A DNA stretch of 64,000 nt from Kordiimonas sp. Lineage in GTDB: Bacteria; Pseudomonadota; Alphaproteobacteria; Sphingomonadales; Kordiimonadaceae. The translations under genes and the position numbers were made by a program. The stretch spans positions 148,588 through 212,587 of the forward strand of contig CBDARB010000011.1 of the NCBI GenBank assembly GCA_965199355.1, given 5' to 3'. The notes under the pieces are model-generated. The model searched no databases, was not told the origin of the DNA, and saw only the letters and a list, made by a program, of their open reading frames with translations. Below, one piece after another: positions 20,678-30,806 of the stretch (positions are counted from its first letter, which is position 1; every line of letters starts with the position of its first letter).

Positions 20678-21481
20678 ATGGACGTTAAAGACAAGGTTAT
20701 TCTGATAACCGGTGGTGCCAGTGGCATTGGTAAAGCGCTGTGTGAGTTATTCGCTGCAGAAGGTGCTAAATTTATTGCTGTTGTCGACCTGGACAGTGAT
20801 GGGGCGCAGGAAGTAGCCGCGGGTATTGGGAGTAATGCCAAGGCATACACGCTTGATGTAACCGACGAAGCGGCAACACAGGCAGTTGTGGATGATGTAA
20901 CAGCAACTGCAGGGCCGGTTGACCTTTATTTCTCCAACGCGGGTATTTTCTTTTCTGACGCGCCAGATTGGACCGCGATCTCGCAGTCAAATGAACAGTG
21001 GCAAAAGATATGGGAAGTGAATGTGTTTTCCCACATTCTGGCACTGCGCGCGGTTCTGCCAAGCATGCTGGAGCGTGAGGGCTGCGGTTTCATCATTACG
21101 GCGTCTGCAGCCGGTTTGCTTAGCCAGATTGGCGATACATCCTATTCAACAACCAAACATGCTGCTTTGGGGCTCGCTGAAAGTGTTGCCATCAGCCACG
21201 GTGATGATGGTCTCTATGTGGCGGCGCTTTGTCCGCAAGCAGTACGTTCTAAAATGACTGCCGGTGGTGAGGATAGTTCTGCCGCAGGTGATGGCCTTCT
21301 GGAGGCTGACGAGTTCGCCCGCCGGGTTCTGACGCAAATGCGCGAAGGGCGCTTTATGATCAGGACACACCCGGAAGTAGAAGGCTATTTTAATCATAAA
21401 GCAAATGACTATGACCGCTGGGTTGGCGGTATGCGCAAACTGCGCCGCACCCAAATGGAAAAAACCGGTCGGCCAATCTAG
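20678..21481 (+). CDS. Short-chain dehydrogenase/reductase
   Basis: TGGASGIG, SNAGI, YSTTK. Confidence 0.9.
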   Translation: MDVKDKVILITGGASGIGKALCELFAAEGAKFIAVVDLDSDGAQEVAAGIGSNAKAYTLDVTDEAATQAVVDDVTATAGPVDLYFSNAGIFFSDAPDWTAISQSNEQWQKIWEVNVFSHILALRAVLPSMLEREGCGFIITASAAGLLSQIGDTSYSTTKHAALGLAESVAISHGDDGLYVAALCPQAVRSKMTAGGEDSSAAGDGLLEADEFARRVLTQMREGRFMIRTHPEVEGYFNHKANDYDRWVGGMRKLRRTQMEKTGRPI

Positions 21482-21492
21482 GGAGAGACACA

Positions 21493-22260
21493 ATGGACTA
21501 TACCAAACTGATGGATTTCACCGATAAGGTGGTTTTTGTAAGCGGCTCTTCCCGCGGTATTGGTGAGGCGATCGTGCGTGCGTTCGCTGCGAATGGTGCC
21601 AAGGTCATCGTGTCCTCTCGGGATCAGGCAGCGTGTGAGAAGGTGGCGGAAAGTATTCGCGGCAATGGTGGCAATGCACAAGCCAAGGCAGCGCACGCAG
21701 GCCGAATGGAAGATGTTCAGGCCATTTTTGACTGGATCCAGACTGAATATGGGCGTCTTGATGTTCTGGTTAACTGTGGTGGCACCAACCCATTTTATGG
21801 ACTGATCGGCGATACGCCTGAAGCAGCCTTTGACAAGACAATTGATGTGAACCTCAAGGGACCATTCTATCTATCTGCCAATGCGGTTAAAATGATGAAA
21901 GAGCAGGGCGGCGGCTCAATTGTAAATGTGGCCTCCATCAATGGTATTACGCCCGGCCATTTGCAGGGCATTTATTCCATGACCAAGTGCGCCATGATCA
22001 ATATGACCAAGGCGTTCGCCAAGGAATACGGCCATGACGGTGTTCGCGTAAACGCGATCTGTCCCGGCCTTGTGGATACAAAAATGACGGCAGTGTTTAC
22101 CTCTAATGAGGAAATGCTGAAGCAGCATACAGACAGTTTCCCTATCCCACGTGCAGGCGTGCCTGACGACATGGTTGGCGGTGTGCTGTATCTCGCATCG
22201 GATGCAGCAGCCTTCACAACTGGTACAACCCTTGTGATGGACGGCGGGCACCTAGCCTGA
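21493..22260 (+). CDS. Short-chain dehydrogenase/reductase
   Basis: SGSSRGIG, YSMTK, VNAICPGLVDTK. Confidence 0.92.
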   Translation: MDYTKLMDFTDKVVFVSGSSRGIGEAIVRAFAANGAKVIVSSRDQAACEKVAESIRGNGGNAQAKAAHAGRMEDVQAIFDWIQTEYGRLDVLVNCGGTNPFYGLIGDTPEAAFDKTIDVNLKGPFYLSANAVKMMKEQGGGSIVNVASINGITPGHLQGIYSMTKCAMINMTKAFAKEYGHDGVRVNAICPGLVDTKMTAVFTSNEEMLKQHTDSFPIPRAGVPDDMVGGVLYLASDAAAFTTGTTLVMDGGHLA

Positions 22261-22274
22261 GTGTAGGAGTTTTC

Positions 22275-23351
22275 ATGTCTGAAGAACTGAATAAAACGGT
22301 TGACGTCCGCGAAGGTGAGGAGCTGGATTCCACACTCGTAGATGCAGCGATGAAAGACCATATCAAGGGGCTTTCCGGCACACCTGTTATTCGCCAGTTT
22401 GCTGGCGGCAACTCGAACCTTACTTACTCCATTCAGTATGGTGGTCGAAAGTTTGTTTTGCGTCGTCCGCCGTTTGGTACGCGTCCAAAATCTGGCCACA
22501 GCATGATCCGGGAATTTCGGGTGATGAATGCCCTGAAACCTGTTTTTTCAGCGGTGCCAGAGACTTACTTCCACGTTAGTGACGAAGAGAGCGCATTCGG
22601 TGTTGAATATTATGTGATGGAACAGGTGCTTGGCCGCAAGCTTGAGCGCGACATTCCACCCGAATGGGGCTTTGGGGAAGAAGAAGGGCGCAAGCTGTGC
22701 CAATCGTTTTTCGATAAATTGATCGATCTGCATAATGTTGACTTCAACGCCATCGGCCTTGGTGACTTTGGTAAGCCCGAAGGTTATGTGGAAAGGCAAG
22801 TGCTGGGTTGGAACCGCCGGTACGAAAAAGCGCTAACAGATGATGTTGAAGCGTTCGAAGACGTGCGTAAATGGCTTGAAGATAATATGCCTGATGGTGA
22901 GGTAGGGCATGCAATTTTGCACGGCGATTATAGGCTTGATAATGTTATTCTCGATGAGAAAAACCCTTTTGAAATCATAGCAGTACTTGATTGGGAAATA
23001 AGCGCACTTGGTGACCCGTTAATGGACCTTGGCAACACGCTTGCTTATTGGAGCCAGCAGGGTGACCCGGAAGAAATGAAGATGATGCGCATGCAACCCT
23101 GTCTGGCACCGGGGATGATGACAAGAGAAGAAATCTGCGAATTGTACGCCAAGAGAACGGGCTATGACCTGTCCTACTTCGATTATTACCACGTATATGG
23201 TGTGTTCCGGCTCGCGGTGATCCTTCAGCAGATTTATTACCGATACTATCACGGTCAGAGTAAAAACCCTGCGTTTGCCTCCTTTGCAGGCCGGACCAAC
23301 CTGCTTGGTAACTACTCGCGACAACTGATTGAAAAATCACATATTGGGTAA
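22275..23351 (+). CDS. APH/choline kinase-like phosphotransferase (ACAD10/11 kinase-domain-like)
   Basis: GGNSNLTY, VLRRPP, ILHGDYRLDN, VLDWE, GDPLMDLG. Confidence 0.9.
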   Translation: MSEELNKTVDVREGEELDSTLVDAAMKDHIKGLSGTPVIRQFAGGNSNLTYSIQYGGRKFVLRRPPFGTRPKSGHSMIREFRVMNALKPVFSAVPETYFHVSDEESAFGVEYYVMEQVLGRKLERDIPPEWGFGEEEGRKLCQSFFDKLIDLHNVDFNAIGLGDFGKPEGYVERQVLGWNRRYEKALTDDVEAFEDVRKWLEDNMPDGEVGHAILHGDYRLDNVILDEKNPFEIIAVLDWEISALGDPLMDLGNTLAYWSQQGDPEEMKMMRMQPCLAPGMMTREEICELYAKRTGYDLSYFDYYHVYGVFRLAVILQQIYYRYYHGQSKNPAFASFAGRTNLLGNYSRQLIEKSHIG

Positions 23352-23359
23352 GTAAAACG

Positions 23360-23385
23360 TTGAGCCGCGCGCCGTCGTGGCTCAA
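23360..23385. terminator. Hairpin between convergent genes, probable bidirectional terminator
   Basis: TTGAGCC...GGCTCAA stem, flanked by AAAA upstream and CTTT downstream. Confidence 0.55.
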
Positions 23386-23388
23386 ACT

Positions 23389-24072
23389 TTAATGCATGCG
23401 CCCGGACAAGAATGTTTTGATTGCTTGGTCCAGGTTTGGAACAATGTCTGAGTGTTCTTGCCTCAGAACAATGTGATATGTGATTTTTGCTACGGGCATT
23501 GAAATAAACTCCGGTTTGTTCAAAAAATGCTCCATGCCTAGTTGTTCAGACAGCCCAACGTCGGCGCGCTCTAACCTTAGCAGTTCCACATAACGGTCGG
23601 CATTGTTGACGACAACGGGCATCATATTGAGTTCTTCAAGCTTGGTTTCTGCCCATCTGTGCCCCCCTACAATAATTACTCTTTTGCCCCGTAAATCATC
23701 TAGAGATTTGATGTTCAGTTCACGGCGTGCAAGCGAGATTGCCAATACCTGGGCCTCATGAAGAGGAGTGGGGACAACTATCACTGAGTTGCCGAGGCCC
23801 TCTGCCCATGTCCGTGTACGTAAAAATTCACCGTCTAGTGTGCCACTTATGGTCATTGATTCCGCGCGGCGCACCGGTGCAGCGACAAATTCCACGCATC
23901 CACCAACTGAGGCAAACAGGCTCTGTCCAGCCTTTTTGACGGTCTCGACCTCAGGAACCAATGGCAGGATACCTAACTTCAGGCAGTGTTGACGGTCAGG
24001 TTCGGTAGCCATCACGTTGCTGCCAAGCGCCAAGCCGAGAAAAAATACAAACACTAACTGGACAATAATCAC
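23389..24072 (-). CDS. Orphan periplasmic substrate-binding protein (family 3-like)
   Basis: Signal-peptide-like N-terminus; RAESMTISGTLDGEF.R, SLDDLRGKRV and LLRLERADV segments. Confidence 0.7.
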   Translation of the reverse strand: MIIVQLVFVFFLGLALGSNVMATEPDRQHCLKLGILPLVPEVETVKKAGQSLFASVGGCVEFVAAPVRRAESMTISGTLDGEFLRTRTWAEGLGNSVIVVPTPLHEAQVLAISLARRELNIKSLDDLRGKRVIIVGGHRWAETKLEELNMMPVVVNNADRYVELLRLERADVGLSEQLGMEHFLNKPEFISMPVAKITYHIVLRQEHSDIVPNLDQAIKTFLSGRMH

Positions 24073-24325
24073 TCAATACCCCTTCGTCCGCGATACAATG
24101 TGCAAGGTATGGAAGGTTATATACACGCAATACGGAAATGAGGATCCGTAAAGTTTAGATAAAATTGACGCAGATCGTTAGCGTATGATTAACAGTGTTG
24201 TTATAGACATGTGACTGGCAGCTAACATGTAAAGACGTATTATGTGTCTGTGGTAATCGCTCGGGGAAAGGGCGCAATCACCACACTGAAGGGATTAGTC
24301 CTGTAGGCAGTGAGGGAATGCACTT

Positions 24326-25072
24326 ATGAGCGAGCGTTTAGCGTTTTCAATGGCAATGGACCTTATGTTTAACGGGCAGAATATGGACTATTCTGAGCGC
24401 CCGCTAAGCCTTGATATCATTGATACCATGGCCATGTTTTCTGATCTGCCAGAACGCGCCCACATTGGTGTGGTGGGGCCGGGTGGGGGAAGGCTTGTTA
24501 AAACCCTCGCCAATCGTGGATTCATCGTGGATGCATACGAGGGCCGGGCCGAATGTACAGACCATCTGGAATCCATGTTTCAAAAGAACAGTGCGGTACG
24601 AATTTACCCCGTAAAGCACCTGAATGACCCGATTATGCGTGGCAAGATGAGGTTTCACGCCCTTTTTTGCATGGATGATCTACGCGCTTTTCGGGAAAAT
24701 CAGGAATGGACGGAAAATGTGCAGCGCATGATCCGCCCTGGTGGCTATTTTGTTTATTCTCAGGTTTCAAACAAGCTCCCGTCTCGTCAAAACACGCTGA
24801 AGAAATACTTCAGCCTGTCTGGCAACTATGATGTTAGCGAACGCACCGCCCAGCAAATTCGCGATACATATCTCGCACTTGATGAATGGGAGCCAGACGC
24901 CCGAAAAAAGAAGATGGCGATGGAAACACTCGGTATTGTGAAAACGGGGTCTGGCCTGCGCCGGAATATCATGAGCGGTGTAGAGGTGCGTTATGTTGTT
25001 TGGCGGCGTAAGCTAACCACCAAGCAGATTGAAGAAAGCTCCAAGCCGATCAAGGTGCGTGTAAACGCTTAA
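24326..25072 (+). CDS. Class I SAM methyltransferase-like protein with a degenerate motif I
   Basis: HIGVVGPGGGRLV at the motif I position; MIRPGGYFVY resembles the post-II LKPGG motif. Confidence 0.6.
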   Translation: MSERLAFSMAMDLMFNGQNMDYSERPLSLDIIDTMAMFSDLPERAHIGVVGPGGGRLVKTLANRGFIVDAYEGRAECTDHLESMFQKNSAVRIYPVKHLNDPIMRGKMRFHALFCMDDLRAFRENQEWTENVQRMIRPGGYFVYSQVSNKLPSRQNTLKKYFSLSGNYDVSERTAQQIRDTYLALDEWEPDARKKKMAMETLGIVKTGSGLRRNIMSGVEVRYVVWRRKLTTKQIEESSKPIKVRVNA

Positions 25073-25932
25073 ACTTCTTGCTTGAGACGCAGCAGGCTTT
25101 CCTGCGCGGTTGAAGCAAGTAAGCGTCCGTCACGGGCATATAGAGCGCCTCTGGCCAGCCCTCGGCCTTTACCGGACCAATAACCTTCGGTTTTGTAGAA
25201 AATCCAGTCATCAGCGCGAAAGTTATCGCGGTGGAACCACATGGCATGGTCAAGGCTTGCAACGGTTTTCAATCGCTGGTCCCGCGGGATCATTGCATGA
25301 GGGCGCAAGTTCGACGACAGAAAAGCAAAGTCCGAAATATAGGCAAGAAGTCTGCGGTGCAGGGTCTGGTCATCACTGATTGGTTCTTTGAGCTTTAACC
25401 AATACCCGGTTACCGGGTCTTTGGGCTGAATGTTCTCAAGGTCCATCCGGTCAATCGCACGGGTTTCAAATGGCAGATAAGCACGTTTCTTTTGCCCGGC
25501 ATTGAAGGCCCTTAGCACTTTCTCATAGTAGGCTTCGTCGTCATCCAGTTCTTCAGGCTGTGGAACATCTGGCATGTCAATCTGATGCGATAGCCCTTCT
25601 TCGCCCACATGAAACGAAGCGGCGAGGGTAAAGATGGCCTCTCCGTTCTGCACAGCAACAACCCGGCGGGTCACAAAACTGCGGCCATCGCGAATTGGGT
25701 CCACATCATAGATAATGGGTTGGTCAGCAATGCCGGGCCTCAGGAAATAGCTATGCAGGGAGTGCAGTTTAAAGCTTGGGTCCACAGTTTTTTCCGCTGC
25801 TTCCATAGCCTGAGCAACGACATGACCACCAAAAACATGCTTGTTGGGCCAGTCGTTTGGCAGTCCCCTGAAAAGGAGGCGATCAAGTTGCTCAACCGCG
25901 AGACGGTCGATGACAGCAGCAACAGAAGACAT
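25069..25932 (-). CDS. tesB: Acyl-CoA thioesterase II
   Basis: VFGGHVVAQA, LHSYFLRPG, DGRSFVTRRV, LAYISD, ASLDHAMWFH. Confidence 0.93.
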   Translation of the reverse strand: MSSVAAVIDRLAVEQLDRLLFRGLPNDWPNKHVFGGHVVAQAMEAAEKTVDPSFKLHSLHSYFLRPGIADQPIIYDVDPIRDGRSFVTRRVVAVQNGEAIFTLAASFHVGEEGLSHQIDMPDVPQPEELDDDEAYYEKVLRAFNAGQKKRAYLPFETRAIDRMDLENIQPKDPVTGYWLKLKEPISDDQTLHRRLLAYISDFAFLSSNLRPHAMIPRDQRLKTVASLDHAMWFHRDNFRADDWIFYKTEGYWSGKGRGLARGALYARDGRLLASTAQESLLRLKQEV

Positions 25933-25937
25933 AATGA

Positions 25938-26768
25938 TTAATCCCTGAAACTTTGGTCCATCCGATCAAGCTTGCGCAAGATCGCTGGCCAGACAAAATT
26001 ATCGGCGCCGTTCGCACCCGCCACCACTCGCAGGTCGCGTAGCGCTGTATCAATTGATTCCTGACTTGGGTCATGGAGCGGCATGCCCGTTGCGCGGGTC
26101 AATACCTGAACCTTGCAGGCTTTCTCAAGGAAAAACATTAACTCGAACGCTTGCGCAACAGTTGGTGCAGCAGTCAACGTGCCGTGGTTTCTGAGGATCA
26201 GCGCTGACTTGTCACCCATATCTGCAACGAGGCGTTCTTTCTCGCCGTCATTAACAGCAAAGCCTTCATAATCATGGTAGGCAACCTGTGACCATGGCGG
26301 AATGGAGCTTTGGCATAACAGCTCCAGCCCGTCCTTCAGGTTGGAAACCGCAATGCCATAATCAGTATGCAGGTGCATGACGCAGCCGGCGTCTTCACGT
26401 GCTTCATGAATGGCGCTGTGAATAACAAAACCCGCCGCGTTCGGAATAAAGGGTGTTTCCATCAAGGCATTGCCGTTCAGGTCCACTTTGATCAGGCTGG
26501 ACGCAGTCATTTCCTCGAACATCAGCCCTAGGGGATTAATCAGGAAATGATGGTCAGTGTTGGGGACACGTGCTGAAATATGGGTGTAAATCAGGTCATC
26601 CCACCCATAATGAGCACAAATCCGGTAAGCAGCAGCCAGGTTAACACGAGCTTCCCACTCTTCTTCGGAAACCTGGTCTTTGACCGATGGGATATCAAGA
26701 ACGCCGGGTTTGCTCATGACTGCTGTCTCCTTCGCAATACATAGGGTCGGATTGTTTATTGGCCTCAT
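25938..26768 (-). CDS. Class II aldolase/adducin family protein
   Basis: THISARVP, GFVIHSAIH, CVMHLHT, LRNHG. Confidence 0.9.
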   Translation of the reverse strand: MRPINNPTLCIAKETAVMSKPGVLDIPSVKDQVSEEEWEARVNLAAAYRICAHYGWDDLIYTHISARVPNTDHHFLINPLGLMFEEMTASSLIKVDLNGNALMETPFIPNAAGFVIHSAIHEAREDAGCVMHLHTDYGIAVSNLKDGLELLCQSSIPPWSQVAYHDYEGFAVNDGEKERLVADMGDKSALILRNHGTLTAAPTVAQAFELMFFLEKACKVQVLTRATGMPLHDPSQESIDTALRDLRVVAGANGADNFVWPAILRKLDRMDQSFRD

Positions 26769-26828
26769 TGGTTAAGCTAGTGCGAAAGCAACTTTGTTCC
26801 AAGGTCGGAATAAACAATCTTGCGATGC

Positions 26829-28235
26829 CTATTTTTTGGGTCGACGAAAAAAATAACTGCGAACCGGCGCGCGCACAATGCCAGCAACCGACTGTACCGC
26901 AAGCGGTGCATGATCTGTGGCGTCTTTAATCCAGCGATCTGAGCGAAAGCGGATAATCAAAAGCGTCGCTTTAATCAGATAGTCTGCAATGATCACCGCA
27001 TACATTGCCTCCACGGGGCCATCCAGCGCTAGCACAAGAAAACCAAAGCTGAAACGCCCAACAATGATACCGGCAAAGGTGACAAGAAGGGGAAAACGCG
27101 TTTCTCCACCGCCACGCAAGGCGCTGCCAATGGCAAACTCAATCGCCATCAGTGGCTGAATAACTGCCAGAATAACAATGAAATACTCGGTCAAGGCCCT
27201 GACTTTTGGGTCAATCGAGAGCAGGGCAGCTAGCTCGGCTTTGAAGATGAGCGACACAATCGCAAGCATGGACATGCTGGCGATGGCCATTTTCATCGCA
27301 AGCCAGCCGTTTGCGCGGGCAGCTTCGGGGTCTTTTGCCCCCAGGTTTTGCCCAGACAATGTTGCGCTTGCAGCACCAAATCCCATGCCAACAACGATAC
27401 ATATGCTTAAAATGGTTATGCCGATACCATATGCGGCGAACTCGGCAGTGCCATAGCCCGCAACCAATACCATAAACAGGACGAAGCTGGTTTGGATGAT
27501 TACCTGTTCCATCGCCGCAGGTGCGCCAATTTTTGCGAGTTGTTTCAGGCGGGAAATATCAAAAACCGCGTGTGTTGTTGGATAGAGCGGGTAGGCGCGC
27601 AACAGCCAGCGCATCAAAAACCAGATAACGACACCGAGTTGGCCAAAGGCTGTGCCCCATGGAATGCCTGTAATTCCCATTTGGGGCAATCCGAAGCTAC
27701 CATGAACCAATACATACGAACCAATGACACCAAACAGGGTGGCAAACGCACTGAAACGCAGCGGTCTGACAACATCCCCAATGGCGCGAAAGGCCGTTGC
27801 GGCTGTTAGTGCAAGCGAAAAAATACCGTTCAGGACTGCTGTGGGCCGCACATAGTCAACGGCGAGTTGACTTGAAACCGGGTCAAGCTTGAACAGGCCA
27901 ACAATCTGTTCAGCCAAGCCATATGTCACCACGCCAAGGATGAGGGATATCATTACGGCAAGTGTCAATGAGCTTGTCGTAGCTTCAGATGCATCCTTTG
28001 CATCCTCCGCGCCCCATGCGCGTGCAACCACTGCGGTGGTAGCAACCGATAAGGCCATCGCAGCCGACATAAGCAAGAAATGGACACGGCCCCCGGTCAC
28101 TACGGCAGCGCTCATTTCCGGCCCGAATGGTGCTGCAATAAATAAATGCGCAAAGGAAATGGACACCATCAGAATATTGCTGGCAATGTTTGGCCCCGCA
28201 AGCTGCCATATGTATCTGTAGGAAAGACGTTCCAT
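26829..28235 (-). CDS. MATE family efflux transporter
   Basis: Two internal repeats (VARAWGAED / SGQNLGAKD; FRAIGD / LRGGGET); about 12 hydrophobic helices. Confidence 0.88.
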   Translation of the reverse strand: MERLSYRYIWQLAGPNIASNILMVSISFAHLFIAAPFGPEMSAAVVTGGRVHFLLMSAAMALSVATTAVVARAWGAEDAKDASEATTSSLTLAVMISLILGVVTYGLAEQIVGLFKLDPVSSQLAVDYVRPTAVLNGIFSLALTAATAFRAIGDVVRPLRFSAFATLFGVIGSYVLVHGSFGLPQMGITGIPWGTAFGQLGVVIWFLMRWLLRAYPLYPTTHAVFDISRLKQLAKIGAPAAMEQVIIQTSFVLFMVLVAGYGTAEFAAYGIGITILSICIVVGMGFGAASATLSGQNLGAKDPEAARANGWLAMKMAIASMSMLAIVSLIFKAELAALLSIDPKVRALTEYFIVILAVIQPLMAIEFAIGSALRGGGETRFPLLVTFAGIIVGRFSFGFLVLALDGPVEAMYAVIIADYLIKATLLIIRFRSDRWIKDATDHAPLAVQSVAGIVRAPVRSYFFRRPKK

Positions 28236-28449
28236 AAAGCCCCAAGTTTGGCTGTGGCTGCGAAATTATATGCCGCGCCAACGCCAGCCAATTAAATCAT
28301 CAAGTCTTCGCATGCAGACTGCCCGCACGTAAAAATTTGTAATGAGCTTGACTTAGGGCGTCTATGACCGATGTCACTCTGGAAACAGATAAATTTCCGT
28401 AAGGTCACAGGAACTGACCACCGGAAAGTGTCGAGAGTGGGAGAGAGTA

Positions 28450-29622
28450 ATGACGGATCTGGAAACCTTCCGTAACGAAACACGCGCCTGGCTGGAGGAA
28501 AACTGCCCAGCCTCCATGCGTACACCGGCCCGCGGTGATGGGGACATGTGTTGGGGTGGCCGTAACTTTAAATTCATTTCGGAAGACCAGAAAGTGTGGC
28601 TTGAGCGCATGGCGGCACGAGGCTGGACTGTGCCAACATGGCCTAAAGAATACGGTGGTGGTGGCCTTAGCAAGGATGAGGCAAAAGTTCTTGCCGCTGA
28701 AATGCGCCGGATCAAAGCTCGCTCGCCGCTTACGTCTTTTGGTATCTGGATGCTTGGCCCGGCCTTGTTGAAATTTGGTTCACACGAACAGAAGCTGGAA
28801 CATCTACCCAAGATTGCACGTGGTGAAATCCGTTGGTGTCAGGGATATTCGGAGCCAAATGCAGGCTCTGATCTCGCGTCTCTCGCAACCAAGGCCGAAG
28901 ACAAGGGTGACCACTGGATTGTTAACGGCCAGAAGGTCTGGACATCTTATGCGGATCAGGCTGACTGGATTTTCTGCCTTGTGCGCACAGACAACACTGG
29001 GTCAAAGCACCATGGTATCAGTTTTGTGCTTTTCGATATGGAAAGTGAAGGGGTATCCACCAAGCCGATCAAGCTGATTTCTGGTTATTCGCCGTTTTGT
29101 GAAACCTTCTTCGACGATGTGACTGTGCCAAAGGCAAATTTGGTTGGCGAAGAAAACAAAGGCTGGACTATCGCGAAGTATCTGCTGACACACGAGCGTA
29201 CGGGCATCAGTGACATGGGTATGCCGGCGCCGCTTAATGCGCTTGCAAAAGACAAGCTCGGCTCCGACGCTGACGGGCGCTTGCCAGACGCCATGCTACG
29301 GCACCAGATTGCCGAGCATGAGATAGACGCAGCCTCCTTCGTTTTCACGCTTGAGCGCGCGAAAGACGAAGCCAAAGCCGGCGGCGACATGGGTGCTTTT
29401 TCTTCCATGCTCAAATACTACGGCACGGAAATCAACAAGCAGCGCCATGAATTGATTGTAAAAACAAACGGTTCTGACGGTCTGGAATGGGAAGGGCAGT
29501 TCTCGAACGAAGGCGATATCGCGCGCAACTGGCTAAGGACCAAGGCCAACTCAATTGAAGGCGGTACGTCTGAGGTTCAGTTGAATATCATCTCAAAACG
29601 CATTCTTGATCTGCCAGCCTAA
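28450..29622 (+). CDS. Acyl-CoA dehydrogenase (large subunit of a PimC/PimD-like pair)
   Basis: WCQGYSEPNAGSDLASL, NGQKVWTS, SIEGGTSEVQLNII. Confidence 0.92.
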   Translation: MTDLETFRNETRAWLEENCPASMRTPARGDGDMCWGGRNFKFISEDQKVWLERMAARGWTVPTWPKEYGGGGLSKDEAKVLAAEMRRIKARSPLTSFGIWMLGPALLKFGSHEQKLEHLPKIARGEIRWCQGYSEPNAGSDLASLATKAEDKGDHWIVNGQKVWTSYADQADWIFCLVRTDNTGSKHHGISFVLFDMESEGVSTKPIKLISGYSPFCETFFDDVTVPKANLVGEENKGWTIAKYLLTHERTGISDMGMPAPLNALAKDKLGSDADGRLPDAMLRHQIAEHEIDAASFVFTLERAKDEAKAGGDMGAFSSMLKYYGTEINKQRHELIVKTNGSDGLEWEGQFSNEGDIARNWLRTKANSIEGGTSEVQLNIISKRILDLPA

Positions 29623-29635
29623 GGAGTAGTGAGTA

Positions 29636-30772
29636 ATGGCTTTGATTTTGAACGAAGAACAACAGCTCCTTAAAGAGTCTGCGGACGGTTTTTTTGCTGA
29701 GAAAGCACCGGTTAGTCAGCTTCGAGAACTGCGGGATACCCGCAGTGAGGTTGGATACTCAAGCGACCTTTGGTCTGAAATGGCAGAAATGGGTTTTGCA
29801 GGTCTTCTGGTGGATGAAGATAACGGCGGCACCGATTTCGGCGTGATGGGCGCAGGCATCGTTGCTGAAGCAATGGGGCGCACGCTTTCGGCATCCCCTT
29901 ATCTAGCCAGCGCGGTGCTGGGCGCTTCCGTCATTCGTGCTGTAGCGTCAGATGCCCAGAAAGCGGAATTGTTGCCGGCAATTGCCGGCGGCGAAAAGCT
30001 GATAACGCTTGCGATTGATGAAACAGCCCATCACAAACCGGAAAATACTGCCCTCAAAGCGAAAGCAGACGGCGACGGCTATGTGCTTTCGGGTCTGAAA
30101 ACCTTTGTTTGTGATGGCCATGTTGCGGACAGCTATCTGGTGTTGGCACGTACAAGCGGAGAAGCAGGTGATACCGCCGGCCTTAGCTTGTTCCTTGTTG
30201 ACAGAGGAGCAGGCGGCTTGATTGTTGATCGTACCATCATGGCCGACAGCCGTAACTGGGCGAAACTCACGTTTGAAGGTGTTCGAGTTGGTGCAGATGC
30301 TCTTGTCGGGGAACTTGGCGGCGCGTTTGATGCCATCGAGCCAGCGCTTGATCGTGCGCGTATCATTGTTGCGGCGGAACTATTGGGTATCGCGCAGGAA
30401 TGTTTGGACCGCACGGTCGAATATTTACGCGAGCGTAAGCAGTTTGGCGTTGTCATCGGCTCTTTCCAGGGACTGCAGCACCGAGCCTCGCACCTGTTCA
30501 GCGAGATTGAAGTAACCCGCTCTGCCGTGTTGAAGGCCATGCAAATGGCAGATGCTGGCGGGGATGTGCGGTGGTTTGCAAGTCTTGCCAAAGCAAAAGC
30601 CTGCAAAACGGCTGAACTTGCCACCAATGAAGCCATTCAAATGCATGGTGGCATCGGCATGACCGACGAGTTTGATATCGGTTTCTATATCAAGCGTGCC
30701 CGTATCATGCAGGCGTTCCTTGGAGACTTTAACTACCACGCTGACCGGTTCGCCACCTGTTCCAGCTACTAA
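29636..30772 (+). CDS. Acyl-CoA dehydrogenase (partner subunit of the pair)
   Basis: LRERKQFGVVIGSFQGLQH, IQMHGGIGMTDE; 13 nt after the previous gene. Confidence 0.92.
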   Translation: MALILNEEQQLLKESADGFFAEKAPVSQLRELRDTRSEVGYSSDLWSEMAEMGFAGLLVDEDNGGTDFGVMGAGIVAEAMGRTLSASPYLASAVLGASVIRAVASDAQKAELLPAIAGGEKLITLAIDETAHHKPENTALKAKADGDGYVLSGLKTFVCDGHVADSYLVLARTSGEAGDTAGLSLFLVDRGAGGLIVDRTIMADSRNWAKLTFEGVRVGADALVGELGGAFDAIEPALDRARIIVAAELLGIAQECLDRTVEYLRERKQFGVVIGSFQGLQHRASHLFSEIEVTRSAVLKAMQMADAGGDVRWFASLAKAKACKTAELATNEAIQMHGGIGMTDEFDIGFYIKRARIMQAFLGDFNYHADRFATCSSY

Positions 30773-30806
30773 AGCGCGGCCACCACCATATTGTTGGGGA
30801 GAGACA

